DNA from: Eledone cirrhosa
Taxonomy: Eukaryota
Assembly (NCBI GenBank): GCA_964016885.1
Contig: CAXHJY010000242.1
Span: 1 to 52,535, forward strand
DNA: 52,535 bases
Direction: 5' to 3'
The notes below the pieces were generated by a model, which saw nothing but the letters and a program-made list of their open reading frames with translations, made no database searches and was not told the origin of the DNA. Both the position numbers and the translations under genes were made by a program. Of the stretch, positions 30,191-43,326 are shown piece by piece; the first letter of the stretch is position 1, and each line of letters opens with the position of its first letter.

Positions 30191-30469
30191 AGGAGGAGGA
30201 GAGGAAGAAGAACTCAAATAGAGAACAATTTGACCCGAAATTATTAAAATTTAATCAAATTTACAATACGTATATTTTTTCAATATAACATAAATAAATC
30301 CATTTGAATACATATAAAATGTTGGTGTCGCATTGTGTTGTGTATATGGACCATTAACTCCTGATAGGAAGGGGGTGTCATCTTGGGCATTTCTGACCTG
30401 ACGGAGCCTATGCCTCCACAGGTTTGAATACTGACGATTTCTTCTAGAGAAGAGCAAGTGAGAATGAGG

Positions 30470-30630
30470 AAGTGATAAATAGAGGTAGAATCGAGCCAAG
30501 TACTGGACTGGTACTTCATTTATTGACCTCGGAATAATGAAAGCAAAGTTGAACTCAGCTGGATTTGAACTCATAACACAGAGAGCTGGAACGAATACTG
30601 TAGAACATTCTATCTAAGAATTCGCTGATA
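30470..30630 (-). mobile_element. tRNA-derived SINE, family 1 (decayed)
   Basis: CTGGTACTT..ATTGACC..ATGAAAGCAAAGTTGAACTC..GGATTTGAACTC. Confidence 0.7.
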
Positions 30631-30854
30631 GATTGGTATATGTAACAACAATAACACAGAGAAAATAACTACTTGTAACTATTACAGCCATCACTCGCAA
30701 TCGTGTATGACTTAGTATGTACTATGCTTTGGCTAAGTTTTATGTAGATGCCCGTGAGGTGGCGAACAGACACAGTCACCCTCTCATCCTTCCCTCTTAT
30801 GACCCAGAGAAACATCCAGCACATAACAGCTGAAAGGAGAGAGGGGTGCGCTAG

Positions 30855-30985
30855 CACTGGCGTGGCACTTTCTTTATCGACACCGAAATTATGAAAAGCA
30901 AAGTGAATGTTGGCAGGATTTGAACGCAGATAGTCAGAACAAATATCCACCACCCTAGCGATTCTGCCAAATCGACCACCAAACT
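30855..30985 (-). mobile_element. tRNA-derived SINE, family 1 (decayed)
   Basis: TTTATCGAC..ATGAAAAGCAAAGT..GGATTTGAACGCAGA..GATTCTGCCAA. Confidence 0.65.
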
Positions 30986-31128
30986 ACATGTTGTAATGAC
31001 TTCCTTTGCACTATATATATAGCCGGCACGGACAGACGTATAAATTATAAATTTGAATCGTTCTGACATATTTCTTCTTTCACTCATAATCATTTTCTCT
31101 TATTACACTTCTTTCGTAAAGGGTTTAA

Positions 31129-31375
31129 CCCTTTTGTTACCAAATTTTAATGAAAGACACGATCTATGCTTTTCAAATAATTTTTAAAATAATCAAGAAT
31201 TTGGTGAGGATTTGGTAAAATAATTAGTTTTGATATTATAAAGTTGGTATTTGGAACATAAAGATTTTTATATAAATTAGGATGGAAGGATTTTATATAT
31301 ATGTAAATACTTTAAAATTGGACGTTTTGTATCATAATATCTTGGACGGTTTCGGGTGGTTTGGTATCAAAAGCG
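31129..31375. mobile_element. piggyBac-type MITE
   Basis: TTAA-CCCTTTTGTTACCAAA...TTTGGTATCAAAAGCG-TTAA. Confidence 0.75.
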
Positions 31376-31681
31376 TTAACCTGAAACGTCAGATCTTTTC
31401 TTTTTCTTTTCTTTCGGTATAATTGTTTTAATTATACACATTTGTCTGCATTTTATTTGTATATATTTAATTACCACGTGTCGTCCCTTTTCAACTTTTT
31501 CCCCTCGCTCTACTCATGTCATCTTTCATTTACCTTTCTCATTCTAACCATCTCTCCCTCTCTTTCTCTCATTTTCTGATTTGTAGTTTCTCGGCAACGC
31601 AGACTTATATATATATATATATCTACCACTCTAACGATTCTGCCAACTCGACCACCAAACTACATGTTGTGTGTGTGTGTC

Positions 31682-31736
<55 letters not shown>

Positions 31737-31739
<3 letters not shown>

Positions 31740-33177
31740 CAAGATGTATGGTAGGTCGTATGTGAATCGCAGGAGTATACCATTATGTCTTTGTTAATCA
31801 TATGTGATGCTGTATGTGTGTAAAGTATCCGAGAGCGGGATATCCCTGAGCTAATTTTGCTTGACTGTTAATTGTTTATTGATTTTTTGTTAATTAGGCA
31901 GGAATATATTATTATGTCTTTGTTAATCCTGTATCAATAATTTTATAGTAATTTTTTAATCCTGTATCAATAGTTTTATGATAATTTTGTAATAATTTTA
32001 TAATAATTTTGTGATAATTTTATAATAATTTTTTGATAGTACATTATTAGATTACTGAAGCTACCTTATACCTTCTTAAAAATACATTTTATAATTATTG
32101 TTTTTTAAAAATACATTTTATAATTATTGTTTTTTAAAAATACATTTTATAATTATTGTTTTTTAAAAATACATTTTATAATTATTGTCTTTTTGCTTAT
32201 GTATTTTCTTACTTATAATTTTCTTTAATCTTGCCCAATTTGATAAGCTCTTTGAATTGCTCCCTAATTAAATTACTTAAATTATTTTATCTATTATTTT
32301 ATCTATTATACCTAAGTTGTATCTGTTGAAGCAGCCCTTTGAAAATTCTTCGGATATCCCAAATACCGTAATTTTTAACTTTTAATTTATAATTTTCCTC
32401 AATTCGTTTTTATATATATCCTTAAAGGCTCTCTAAAATTTTAATTCTTCGAAGGGTCTCTCGGAGGAGGTTCGTATTAAAAATATTAAAGGGGCCTTTT
32501 CTGAGGGGTTTATTGAAGGCTTTTTGAATTAACCTTTAATTGATTAGTTTCTTTCAACTTAGTAGGGATTATCAAAACTTCGTAAATTTTCTGAAATTTT
32601 TTAACGAGATCTCTGGGGAAGAAAGTTTTTTTCTTTCGAAAGAAATTTTTTTCTCTCGAAGGAATTTTTTGGGAAACTTTATATTTTTTAGGGAAACTTT
32701 ATATCTTTATTTTTTTATTTTATTTATTTTATTAGTCTCTTAATCTCTTCTAGTTTGTTAAGTTTATTGGGGCTTGTAAGCTTTATGCACTTATTGAGGG
32801 ATTTTTTAAGGTGCTTCTACGAGATCCCAAGTCTTTTACTTTTAATGCGTAAATTATAAATTATCTAATTTTTAACCTTCAATCCTTGACTCTTAGGCCA
32901 TTTTCAAATACTCTTAACTCCCCATAACCCACCCCTTTTACAATTCCGACAACTAATATAAAAGAGCCCCCTTAGAATATAGACCCCAAATATACAAGCG
33001 GAGCTGCTGATGTATACCACAATTTCAAACTGCTAGTCTTAAGTGATACGTTGATGTAAATAATGAACTTACAATCACATGTTATATGCCTTGAAAAGTC
33101 CCACCATATGGTCGGACGAAACGGCTGTCGGCAATAAACTTGTTATAATGTCATAATAGTTCCTTTGTTCTTTTTCA

Positions 33178-33180
<3 letters not shown>
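31737..33180 (+). mobile_element. AT-rich non-coding element between two (TA)n tracts with a decayed hammerhead near its 3' end (Penelope-like/retrozyme remnant)
   Basis: 33087-33133 reads TGCC-TTGAAAA-GTCC.ACCAT/ATGGT.GGAC-GAAA-CGGCTG-TC-GGCA, with two core mutations. Internal ~28-bp tandem repeats near 32080-32190. Confidence 0.5.
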
Positions 33181-33235
<55 letters not shown>

Positions 33236-33237
<2 letters not shown>

Positions 33238-33903
33238 AAAATTAACCAAGAGAGGATAATACAACGAACGAAAACCAATTTTTTTAAAGGGAATCCTTTA
33301 AAAAATACTTTTTGAAAATAAAAATACAAACGAAAAACACAGAACTCCAGAGTCATCGGCAGTTGATATGGACTTTGTCAGTTTTGACCCCTACCAACGA
33401 TATTGCTGGTCCACCCAGGGTCACAGCGTCTGACACAAGCGAAAGCGGTGTCCAATGGACTAAGAGTCAAAGACTAAACAGTAACTTATAGCAATTAATC
33501 TATAACATGTATACAGAATTTTACGTGACGACAAGGAAAAGATATAGCATGAATCCTTCATGAGTGAAACAAAATGGAAAAGGGAAGAAAAAAGAAGAAA
33601 AGGAAGGAAAAAGGCAAGAAGAAGAAAGTAAGATATTGTGTTAAAAAAGTGCGCCATTGAAATAAATGGTGGACATGGACAGCGCTTTGGTTTGTGTCCG
33701 ACGCTGTGACCCCGAGTGGACAAGTTGGTAGGAGTCGAAACTGCCAAAGGCTATCTCAACGGCCGATGACCCTGGAGTTATGTGTCTTTCGTTTGTATTT
33801 TTATATTCAAAAAATAATTTTGTAAGGTTTCCCCTTTAAAAAAAATGTTTTTCATTTTACTTTCTTTTCGTTCGTTGTCTTGTCCTCTCTTTGTTAATTT
33901 TCC
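33236..33903. mobile_element. MITE with ~225-bp imperfect terminal inverted repeats, TA-flanked
   Basis: TA-GGAAAATTAAC...GTTAATTTTCC-TA; arms 33236-33460 and ~33670-33903 are reverse complements. Confidence 0.85.
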
Positions 33904-33960
33904 TAAGTTTATCATTAGTGATCTATGACGAACGTGTTCTTTCTTCTCCCCGCCCCCATA

Positions 33961-34766
33961 TCTACTATATAAATGGCAATTTCTGTCTGTGTATCTGTGT
34001 ATCTGTGTAATCTGTGTATAACCAGTTGGCACCTACACCAGTGATCCGATCCTGATGAAACTTTACACACATGTTAAGCCAATATTCAGAAACAGGACTG
34101 GTTAATTTGATTTCAATAAAAATCAATAATGGAAGCCCTGGGGACATCTTTACAATGGAAGAGGAAAGAGATGTTTCAGTGAGAGAGAAGGAAGAGGAGA
34201 TAGTACTACTGTATGTTAAACCCTCCCTCCCACTACTCCCCTTCCTCCTCCCACAACTCAGTCCTCCAGAACGAGGTAACAACTTATTAGAAATCTAAAC
34301 TATAATAAAGTAAGGAATGCGGGACTGCGTCCAGAATATATATATTTTTTATCCCGGTTGTAAAATAAGTTGGTTTACTTTGAATAAATAAATGAATATT
34401 ACATAATTTATCCACTAAATTTCGTTATTCTTGATTAAATATAAATAATATTGTTGCTTATTTTAAGATTCACTTCTTTAAAATTTTCAAATGTCAACAC
34501 TTCCGGTAAACATTGATATATTTCCGTCACTTATTTTTTCCTAATGCAGTTTATATATAATGTCGTCTTTTTTTAAATATATCATGGATTACGTTACTGA
34601 TTACATAAGACAGTGTAACGCAGTCTTCGTTCAATTTCTGTGTATATTGTCAATTACGATTTTATTTGATGTATCATATCTACATGCATATATACTTGCG
34701 TATAATATCAATATGCACTTTACACATGCTAGCAGAAAACCACCCGAAGGTTGGTTTTTCTGCTAG
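33961..34766 (+). mobile_element. Non-autonomous Helitron-like element
   Basis: A|TCTACTATATAAATGGC 5' end, homologous to 19775-19980. The nearest hairpin-CTAG|T is at 34763-34766; the 3' boundary is uncertain. Confidence 0.6.
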
Positions 34767-35219
34767 TATACATAAAGAAATTTCAAACAAATTTCAAACA
34801 AAGCAGACGACAATGAACGTTCTTCATTGTTCTCCATTCTGTAGAGAAAGTGAGAGAGGGTATGAGAGAGAGAGAGAGAGAGAGAGGGGGGGTATGAGGA
34901 AAAAGAGAAAGAGGGGTTGAGAAAGAAATAGAGTGAGGGGGATTAAGGAGGGGAGAAAATGATAGTTCGTTAACTTTAACTTTTATTTATTTATTCTTTA
35001 CACACTGTTTAACTCTCTCCTTTCTTCAACCTTACGTCTCTTTCTCTCTCTCTTTCATACGAGACGTACTGTGAGTGTGTGTATGTGTATGCAGAAAACC
35101 ACCCGAAGGTTGGTTTTTCTGCTAGTACACATAAAGAAATTTCAAACAAATTTCAAACAAAGCAGACGACAATGAACGTTTTTCATTGTTCTCCATTCTG
35201 TAGAGAAAGTGAGAGAGGG

Positions 35220-35269
<50 letters not shown>

Positions 35270-35466
35270 TGAGGAAAAAGAGAAAGAGGGGTTGAGAAAG
35301 AAATAGAGTGAGGGGGATTAAGGAGGGGAAAAAATGATAGTTCGATAACTTTAACTTTTATTTATTTATTCTTTACACACTGTTTAACTCTCTCCTTTCC
35401 TCAACCTTACGTCTCTTTCTCTCTCTCTCTTTCATACGAGACGTACTGTGAGTGTGTGTATGTGTA
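34733..35466. repeat. Tandem duplication of a ~360-bp unit containing a (GA)n tract
   Basis: GCAGAAAACCACCCGAAGGTTGGTTTTTCTGCTAGTA at 34732 and 35091. Confidence 0.92.
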
Positions 35467-35533
35467 TGTGTGTGTTGTGTGTCCCCGGGGAAGTTACAAT
35501 ATCCACGCGCACGCACACACACACAAACACGCA

Positions 35534-36138
<605 letters not shown>

Positions 36139-36263
36139 AGTATATATATAACTCCATTAGAAGTTACAGGTCCATACATAGATAACAACTTAGAGGGAAA
36201 ATTAGATGGGCGTTGACTCTCATGAGTTCCTCCAACATTAAAGGAACAAAGATTATAACTTAC

Positions 36264-36342
36264 CAGATGTTTCTATATATTTAGATTTACCAAGACAAGC
36301 ACTATGCTGTGGGATCCCATGGAATTTTTCAGGGCAGTCCTT
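36264..36342 (-). CDS. Exon of CAP/SCP-domain protein gene (N-terminal Cys segment)
   Basis: ttttaattttctAG|...|GTAAGT; 79 nt, phase 0 to 1. Translates KDCPEKFHGIPQHSACLGKSKYIETS(G). HSAC corresponds to the HTMC/HTAC motif of antigen-5/Tex31-type CAP proteins, and the phase fits 21869-21775. Confidence 0.87.
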
Positions 36343-36494
36343 CTAGAAAATTAAAATAAGTTTTAAATAAAGTTTCAAAGAAATTTGTTTAAATCGAACA
36401 AAATAATGAAAAATCTCAAGTATATAGCAAAAAGTACAATTTCATTTTTTTTCCGTCCTTATTTTTATGTATTTATTTATTTATTTTTGTAAAA

Positions 36495-36690
36495 GCGCAT
36501 GGCTTAGTCGTTCTGCTCACGACCATAACTCATCATGGTATCATTCCATGCGATGTATGATGTTTTTGAGCACTTTATTTCACGTTGTTCCAGTCCATTT
36601 AGCGGGTAAAAATTAGTTGTACTTGTAATTCAAAGGACTAACCTTATCACACATTATATCCTGCTTAAGTGTACACGTGTTTCAACATGC
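36495..36690 (+). mobile_element. tRNA-derived SINE, family 2 (decayed)
   Basis: GCATGGCTTAGT A box; TTGAGCACTTTATTTCACGTTGTTCCAGTCCA shared with 37711-38025. Confidence 0.6.
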
Positions 36691-36702
36691 TGTTAATATG
36701 TT

Positions 36703-37078
36703 AATAATTGTTTCTACTTTTGGCACAAGGTCAGCAATTATCCCAGTGCATTACTGGTACTTTATTTTATCGACCTCGTAAGGATGAAAGGCAAAGTTAA
36801 CATCGGTGGGATTTGAACGCAGACCGTAAAGAGCCGTAACTCTATACTGCAAAGCATGGCGTTCGACCCTCTACCGATACTGCCAATGTTAATAATTGTT
36901 TCTACTTTTTGGCACAAGGTCAGCAATTACCCAGTACATTACTGGTACTTTATTTTATCGACCGCGTAAGGATGAAAAGCAAAGTTAACCTCGGCGGGAT
37001 TCGAACTCAAAATGGCAAGGGCCGTAACTCTATGCGTCAAAGCATAGCGTCCGACCCTCTGCCGATACTGCCAATCCA
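36703..37078 (-). mobile_element. Two tandem copies of SINE family 1
   Basis: TAATAATTGTTTCTACTTTTGGCACAAGG...GATACTGCCAAT repeats with a period of ~190 bp. Confidence 0.85.
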
Positions 37079-37710
37079 CCAAGTTATTTTGACATACTCC
37101 TAGTATGTTTATGGTGCTTATATGCTATTTCAATATATGATAAAGTTATATCTGTATATATACAGTATAGGGGTAACCGAGACTACGTAAATGTGTATAT
37201 ACATTTACATATATTTTAGTATATTAACATGTAAAAATGTCAAATATACATATTTCCCTGTTAATTGAAAAAATGATAACGACCATTTTTCGATTTTTTT
37301 AACCTAGTTGGGTTCCTACCTCGAGGAAATACGTAACTGAGGGGATTATCCTGAAATGGACGTATTAATTTGCATATAATTAGCACTCATGTTGGTAGTT
37401 AATTAAGATATATATTAATGTATACGCTAAACATTCGAATTATACGATAAAGCTAATATCGGTATAACTTTAGCGTATTCTTCGGATGCTAAACACACAA
37501 TTTAATATATAATTCTAGTATGTTTATGAAACTATTAAGTTATTTCAATATGGTACTATTTTATTTTTAGATTATGCTGTTTGAAACTTAGTCTCCCGAA
37601 GTCAATTTATGTTTCGTTTAACACATGCAAATACTAAAAGTATATATGAATACAGTCTCAGGTATTCCTGGAATCATCAGATGATTTTGAGTGACACTAC
37701 TACATAGTCA

Positions 37711-38025
37711 GTGAAGGTGTATGGCTTAGTGGTCAGATCGTCGGGATAATAATCGTGAAGTTGTGAGTTCGATTCTCAGACCGGGCTTTGCGTTGTGTTC
37801 TTGAGCAAGACACTTTATTTCACGTGGCTCCAGTTCACTCAGCTGTAGAAATGAGTTGCGACGTCACTGGTGCCAAGCTGTATCGACCATTGCCTTTCCC
37901 TTGGATAACATCGGTGGCGTAAAAAGGGGTGACTGATATGCATGGGTGATGCTGGTCTTCCAGAAACAACCTTGCCCGGAGGGGAACTTTCAAGGGCATT
38001 CGTGACCGAAGGGAGTATTTACCTT
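37711..38025 (+). mobile_element. tRNA-derived SINE, family 2
   Basis: A box TGGCTTAGTGG, B box GAGTTCGATTC, body TTGAGCAAGACACTTTATTTCAC..CACTCAGCTGTAGAAATG, TTTACC tail. Confidence 0.85.
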
Positions 38026-38645
38026 ACTTCATATTCCGTAATGTAATATACCACAATGTATTCAAGTGAAGGAGGTAAGAATACCTGTTCCTAATTTTCT
38101 CAATTTTCCGATTATTCCATAGTTTCCTAAACTTCTTTGAGCCCACTTTTTTGTAGCCCCCTTTTAGAGAATATGGTTCTTCAGTGTCCCACTCCCATAA
38201 CACCCCCTCCATTGCTGTAAATTTGATTTAAAATTTATATATTAAAAATTAAATTTTTAATTTTACTCAAGCATTGATTGACTAACTAAAGGTGACAGTT
38301 ATGAGCAGCTACTAATTTGTATTCTTTTCACCTTTTCCTCCACTAAACCCTTACCTTCCCACTATCTCACACCACCCCCTTGCCATCCATCAACCTCACA
38401 CTACTCCCCTGCTTTCCTGTTACCTCCTTCACCCCACTTTGAATTCCAACAACTCCACATAGTAAAAGATAATACAGAATTTGAAAATATAGTATGAGCC
38501 TATTCTTTATCAGGTAAATTATATTTCATAGATTAACTATTAAAAATTATATAGAGACTTTTTATTTAGAGACTGTTTTATTTTTAAGGGGTTTTGTCCG
38601 CTAGGATTTTTGTTCCTGTGTTGAAGATACAGTAGTTTTGTGACA

Positions 38646-38757
38646 ATAATTGTTTCTACTTTTGGCACAAGGCCAGCAATTATCCCAGTGCATTACTGGT
38701 ACTTTATTTTTATCGACCCCGTAAGGATGAAAGGCAAAGTTAACCTCGGCGGGATTA
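38646..38757 (-). mobile_element. SINE family 1, 3' part
   Basis: Matches the 36703 copies. Confidence 0.8.
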
Positions 38758-39139
38758 ATGAGAACTAGTTTGATGTCTTTCTTTGTTATTTGTGGTTCAC
38801 CCCTAAATGGTGTCTTATCATTCCAAACACATCAATCAATAAGAAACGAAATCTTTCTTAAAATTTACTGATGAACACTCCAGTGAAAATGTACTCTGCA
38901 TAAGTATCCCATCTTATAACACTTCATGGAGCGTTGGTTGATCTTTGATTGCGGGGAAGGTTAGCCTGACACAGCCTTTCTTTTTCCAGCTTATTCGTTG
39001 CAATTGTTGCTGTTCTAGTCCCATGTTATTCCTAATCAACCAAATTTCGTTTTTTTCCTAAACACAGTGTATTTATACCCACAAGATTAAGCTATAATCT
39101 AAGCGAGATTTGGCAGCTATTTCTAACAGGAAATTGAAA

Positions 39140-39400
39140 TCTTAAGTGCCTGAGTATTCCATAGACACCTATACCTTTAACGTAATTCCCAAGCAGAATA
39201 AGCGCAACACAGTGTAGATCTTTGAATTATAAGTACTGTCCATCCGACTAACTTCCACACAGTATCTGTCTCCTCAATGTCACTCACAAGTCTTGGCTCG
39301 ACTCGAGACTATCGTAAATAACACTTGCCCAAGATGCCTCGCAATGAGGTCGAACCTCAGATTTCATAATTGTAAAGTGATTTTCTTAACCCTTCAGCTG
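39140..39400 (-). mobile_element. Decayed tRNA-derived SINE
   Basis: GACACTTGCCCAAG-like body, GTCGAACC B-box complement and TTCTTAACC; related to 41550-41930 and 49865-50125. Confidence 0.55.
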
Positions 39401-39504
39401 TCTCAATGTAAATTAGGGATAATATGAGACAAACATTCCATGCAGAAAAAAAAATTAATGAAAATCATTACTCCTGTATTGCTCATACGAAGTCATGAGA
39501 TTAT

Positions 39505-39740
39505 GCTAGTTTCATGGGCGATAAGTGACTGAGAATACAAGATTCCCCAAAGACAGAATGCCAGACTGTCACAGGGCTACCTCTAGCTGTTTGCTAATAT
39601 TCATTTTCTCAGTTGAGTGGATATGAGAAATAAGAATGGAAGTGCCTCGCTCAGTGACACAACATGCCACACAGTCCGACAATTGAACCCACGACCTTTT
39701 GATCGTGTCCAACACCCTAACCACTAGACCACACATCTTC
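39505..39740 (-). mobile_element. Decayed tRNA-derived SINE
   Basis: Minus strand: TGGTCTAGTGGTTAGG (A box), GGTTCAATT (B box), then GTGTCACTGAGCGAGGCACTT. Confidence 0.65.
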
Positions 39741-39902
39741 ACTACATTTAGAATGAAAAATGAAATATTAAATTTTGTTCTTAAATTGAACCGACATAAT
39801 TTTCAAGATAATTTTCGCGTCTTCACTTATTAGAGAACGCTCCCGAACGAATTTTAAGAATATTATTAATTTTCAATTTATTTCGATATAAGCTTTACTT
39901 AC

Positions 39903-39931
39903 GGCAGTGGCTTGTTGGTTAGCAAATAGAC
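39903..39931 (-). CDS. 29-nt micro-exon, probably of the CAP gene (end of signal/pro region)
   Basis: cttttaatctatttcAG|GTCTATTTGCTAACCAACAAGCCACTGCC|GTAAGT; phase 1 to 0. Translates xLFANQQATA and joins in frame to 36342. Confidence 0.68.
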
Positions 39932-39968
39932 CTGAAATAGATTAAAAGAAGGGTGGTAATGAAATTCT

Positions 39969-40003
<35 letters not shown>

Positions 40004-40306
40004 CAATCATCATCATCATCCCCCCCACCACCACCACCACCACAGCATCATTAGCATCGTCGTCGTCGTCGTCATCATCATCACTATCAATCCCATCACC
40101 ATCGTCATCATCATCATGATCATCATGTCTATGATCATCATCAAAGTCGGTGTTGGTCGGTATCGATGTCATCGTTACTATCAACATCACCACCATTATC
40201 ATCATCAGCAGCAGCACCATCAACACCACCACCACCACTAATATTATCACAAACACCATACCACCCCACTACAACAGCCAATACCACCATCAACATCATC
40301 ATCATA
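39969..40306. repeat. Compound (CAT)n/(CAC)n/(CGT)n trinucleotide repeat
   Basis: Direct reading. Confidence 0.95.
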
Positions 40307-41549
40307 TCACATATAGTTGTGTGTGGGGGTTATGAATGTAGCAATACGAAAAGTAAGGAAGTTGATTTTTGGTTGTAGAGACAGAACGTGGAGTAGATAT
40401 AGTGATAGAATGAATTAGTTTGAATTTGTTGTTGTTCATTTGAGTGTGGCAATGTTTGTAGTAGTGATTGTTGTTGGCTTGCTGGAGGATTATGAAAAGG
40501 ATAAAAGTTGTCCCATGATATAGCGCTGTGTGAAATTTCTATGAATGAACAAATAAAACATGATCGCTACTTAAAGAATTTTTAATAAGAAAATAGTTTA
40601 CTTCGAAGCTATTGTTAATAAGACAGGAAGACAACAAAGAACTGAGTGAATTGTGTTTTATGTTGGTTTGTGTGAATGTTGTAGTAATTTGACCAGATGC
40701 ATGAACTAACCTTTATCGAAGTAGTTCAACCCTGTCGCCTGGGTTGGAGTGTTTGGTTAAACGCTACATTTCTCTACAGTTTGAGCAACCCGAAGAAACC
40801 AAGGTGGAATGACCTAAAGGAAATCTTATCTCCCTTCACCCCAAGTTGGCCAGTTTCTTCAGACCACTGGTGCCAACTCGAGACAAAGAGAAACAGCTCT
40901 TCCGTGTCGTTTGGAGGTCAATATGTGTGGTGGAATTTCGCTATATGAATACACTGGCCTGTTGGTTTTCTCAAGTAGACATCTGACCTGTAGAATGGCA
41001 TTAAGAAGAGATGAGGGTGCGATATTCCTGCCATTCCAAAGACCATTATCAAAGTGAACCCTGAACGAGTAGACCTATTATCAAAGACATTTCATACATG
41101 GCCTCTACGCCATTTAGAGCGCATCTATAATATCATATGATATTTAACACTTCTTTCTCTTTTTAAAATCGTAGGAAATAATTAAGATCATAATGTGTAG
41201 TTTGAGGGTTATGTAGCTGCTGTTTCTTGCCGGTAGAGTGACCAAGTAGATGTTCTCTTACTGGTTCGATCAGCGGGCTATAAGTAGCATGCAGTTACGG
41301 GAAAGAATCCAAAATCAGAATCCAAAATAAGTTTCTCCTATTACAAGCATTATATACGTTCTTCTCTGGATAGTTTTCTCCACCAACCTGTTAATTCTCT
41401 AACTGTCGTCGTTATTAGATCAATAAAGAAACTATTATTATTAATAAAGAAACCGTTATTAGGCCAGTATTATGGGTGCGAACTATATACAAAACAATAT
41501 AAAATAAATGTCAACATTTAAGAATTATACTAATAACATAGATGGATCC

Positions 41550-41930
41550 TCCGTCGGTTTCGAAAATCAGCTTTCAGTTGTTCGACCAAGAGGGCGTCAG
41601 GCTCGTAGGCGGCTGAGTATTCCACAAGCACATGTTCCCTTAACATAATTTCCAAGCCAAATCAGCGTAACACAGTATGTGACAAGGCTTGACCTTTGAA
41701 TCACTAGTGCAATCCGCCTGACGGATTGTAATTGTAATTTACAATCCGACTGCTGGATTGTAACTGTAATTTAAAGTATACCTGAAATTCCATGCAGTTT
41801 CCGTCTACCGAATTTCACTTACAAGGGTTAGTTCGACGCGAAGCTATGGGAAATGACACCTGTCCCCAGATGATTCGCTGTGGGATAAAACCCAGGTCTG
41901 CATAATTGTGAAGCGAACTTCTTTATCAGG
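41550..41930 (-). mobile_element. Decayed SINE
   Basis: GGCTGAGTATTCCACA..GTGACAAGGCT..CTTTGAAT shared with 39140-39400 and, inverted, with 49865-50125. Confidence 0.55.
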
Positions 41931-42597
41931 AAAACAAACCGAGATTCACATCAAAGAAACATCTCTGACACAAGCAGTTTTTGTTGTCCTAGGCAAACCC
42001 AAAAAGTAAAGATCCCCAGCCGGGAACACGCACGGGACAATTTTTCAGATATACTGTAGTGAGTCCAGAATAATATTGTATGTTGTTGCTTTTTTTGTTT
42101 TTTGTTTTTTGTTTGTTTGTTTTGAAGATAATAGGATATAATTTTGAGAGGTTAATGACGGCTATTTTTATCAGACCTAGTCACCCCACAGCACCCTCGC
42201 CCCCTTGTTTGAAGTGACTCAATAGTTTAAATCGTCACATATGATAGACATGCAGTTGAAGTTGCAACGATTTGCAAGTCATTTTATGTCGTTGATTCGT
42301 GACCACCACTGCTCGGCAAAGAGATGATCAACAAAAGGCTTTTTTTTCTTTCTAATTAGTCACAATATAATCTAATCACATACAAAATAAATTCTATCAG
42401 AAATACAAAAGTTTATGATGGATAGATCTGAAAATAATAGTTGTTTCTAGCTCTATATGTACACTATAAGGAGTGACGTTATTTACGATCGTTGAGGAGT
42501 GGAAATGATGTAGGATCTCTAAAAGATTGTATCTCTTTCAAGTGCAAAATAAAGCTCTATAAATACGAGGACTATTCACACACAAAAATACACACAC

Positions 42598-42642
<45 letters not shown>

Positions 42643-42666
42643 TATTAATTCATCCATACATACATT

Positions 42667-43242
42667 ATGGCTGCCCCTTTGTTATCGAGGGGGCAGTCAT
42701 ATTGCACAATATACCATTATTAATAATTATTAATTAAATCTATCATGCAATGCCTGTGAGTGAAGATTTTTTTTTTTTAAGTGAGGAAAGACTGAGCCAA
42801 TCCCACTCTCTGAGCGACAGTAGCTATAACCCGAAAAGAAGAAAAGATCAACATCATCGGTAACTAGTTTCCTGAGTTGCCTTCTCCTATAAGAATGTCC
42901 TGACAAAAGCTAGGATTCGTTCACTCCCAGTGGTTTAACCACGCGATCGGTTATCCAGCCCGACTATTTCTATGTCCCCGCGCATATACATACACATGCA
43001 CACATGCATATACATATATACATATACATGTGTATATACATATTTACACAATTTTGAATGGCCGTTGACTCTTATGAGTTCTTCCGCCCTTTGTCAGGTT
43101 TTGCTTTTTGTCCTGCACGGTGTCCAAAATCACCCTCCTTACCAAATAAACTCGGTGGGGATGCCCGTTTAGTCACCGACGACCGGACCATGCGACAGGT
43201 TGTACTGGGTTACATGTTACCAGTAGCACTCAAGAGTGACCC
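42667..43242 (-). mobile_element. Diverged copy E of the ~600-bp element, interrupted by a short insertion and microsatellite
   Basis: ATGGCTGCC start, GCAATGCCTGTG, TCAACATCATCGG, CCTTCTCCTA and GTTACCAGTAGCAC are collinear with copy C. Confidence 0.72.
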
Positions 43243-43326
43243 ATACATACATACATACATACATACATACATACATACATACATACATACATACATACAT
43301 ACATACATACATACATACATACATAC
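43243..43326. repeat. Perfect (ACAT)n
   Basis: Direct reading. Confidence 0.99.

Noticed and set aside
39942-40378. Poly-Asp/Met/His ORFs
   Set aside because: They are products of the (CAT)n trinucleotide repeat.
40590-40660. Hydrophobic minus-strand stretch as the CAP signal-peptide exon
   Set aside because: There is no in-frame ATG, and the donor phase does not match the 39931 exon.
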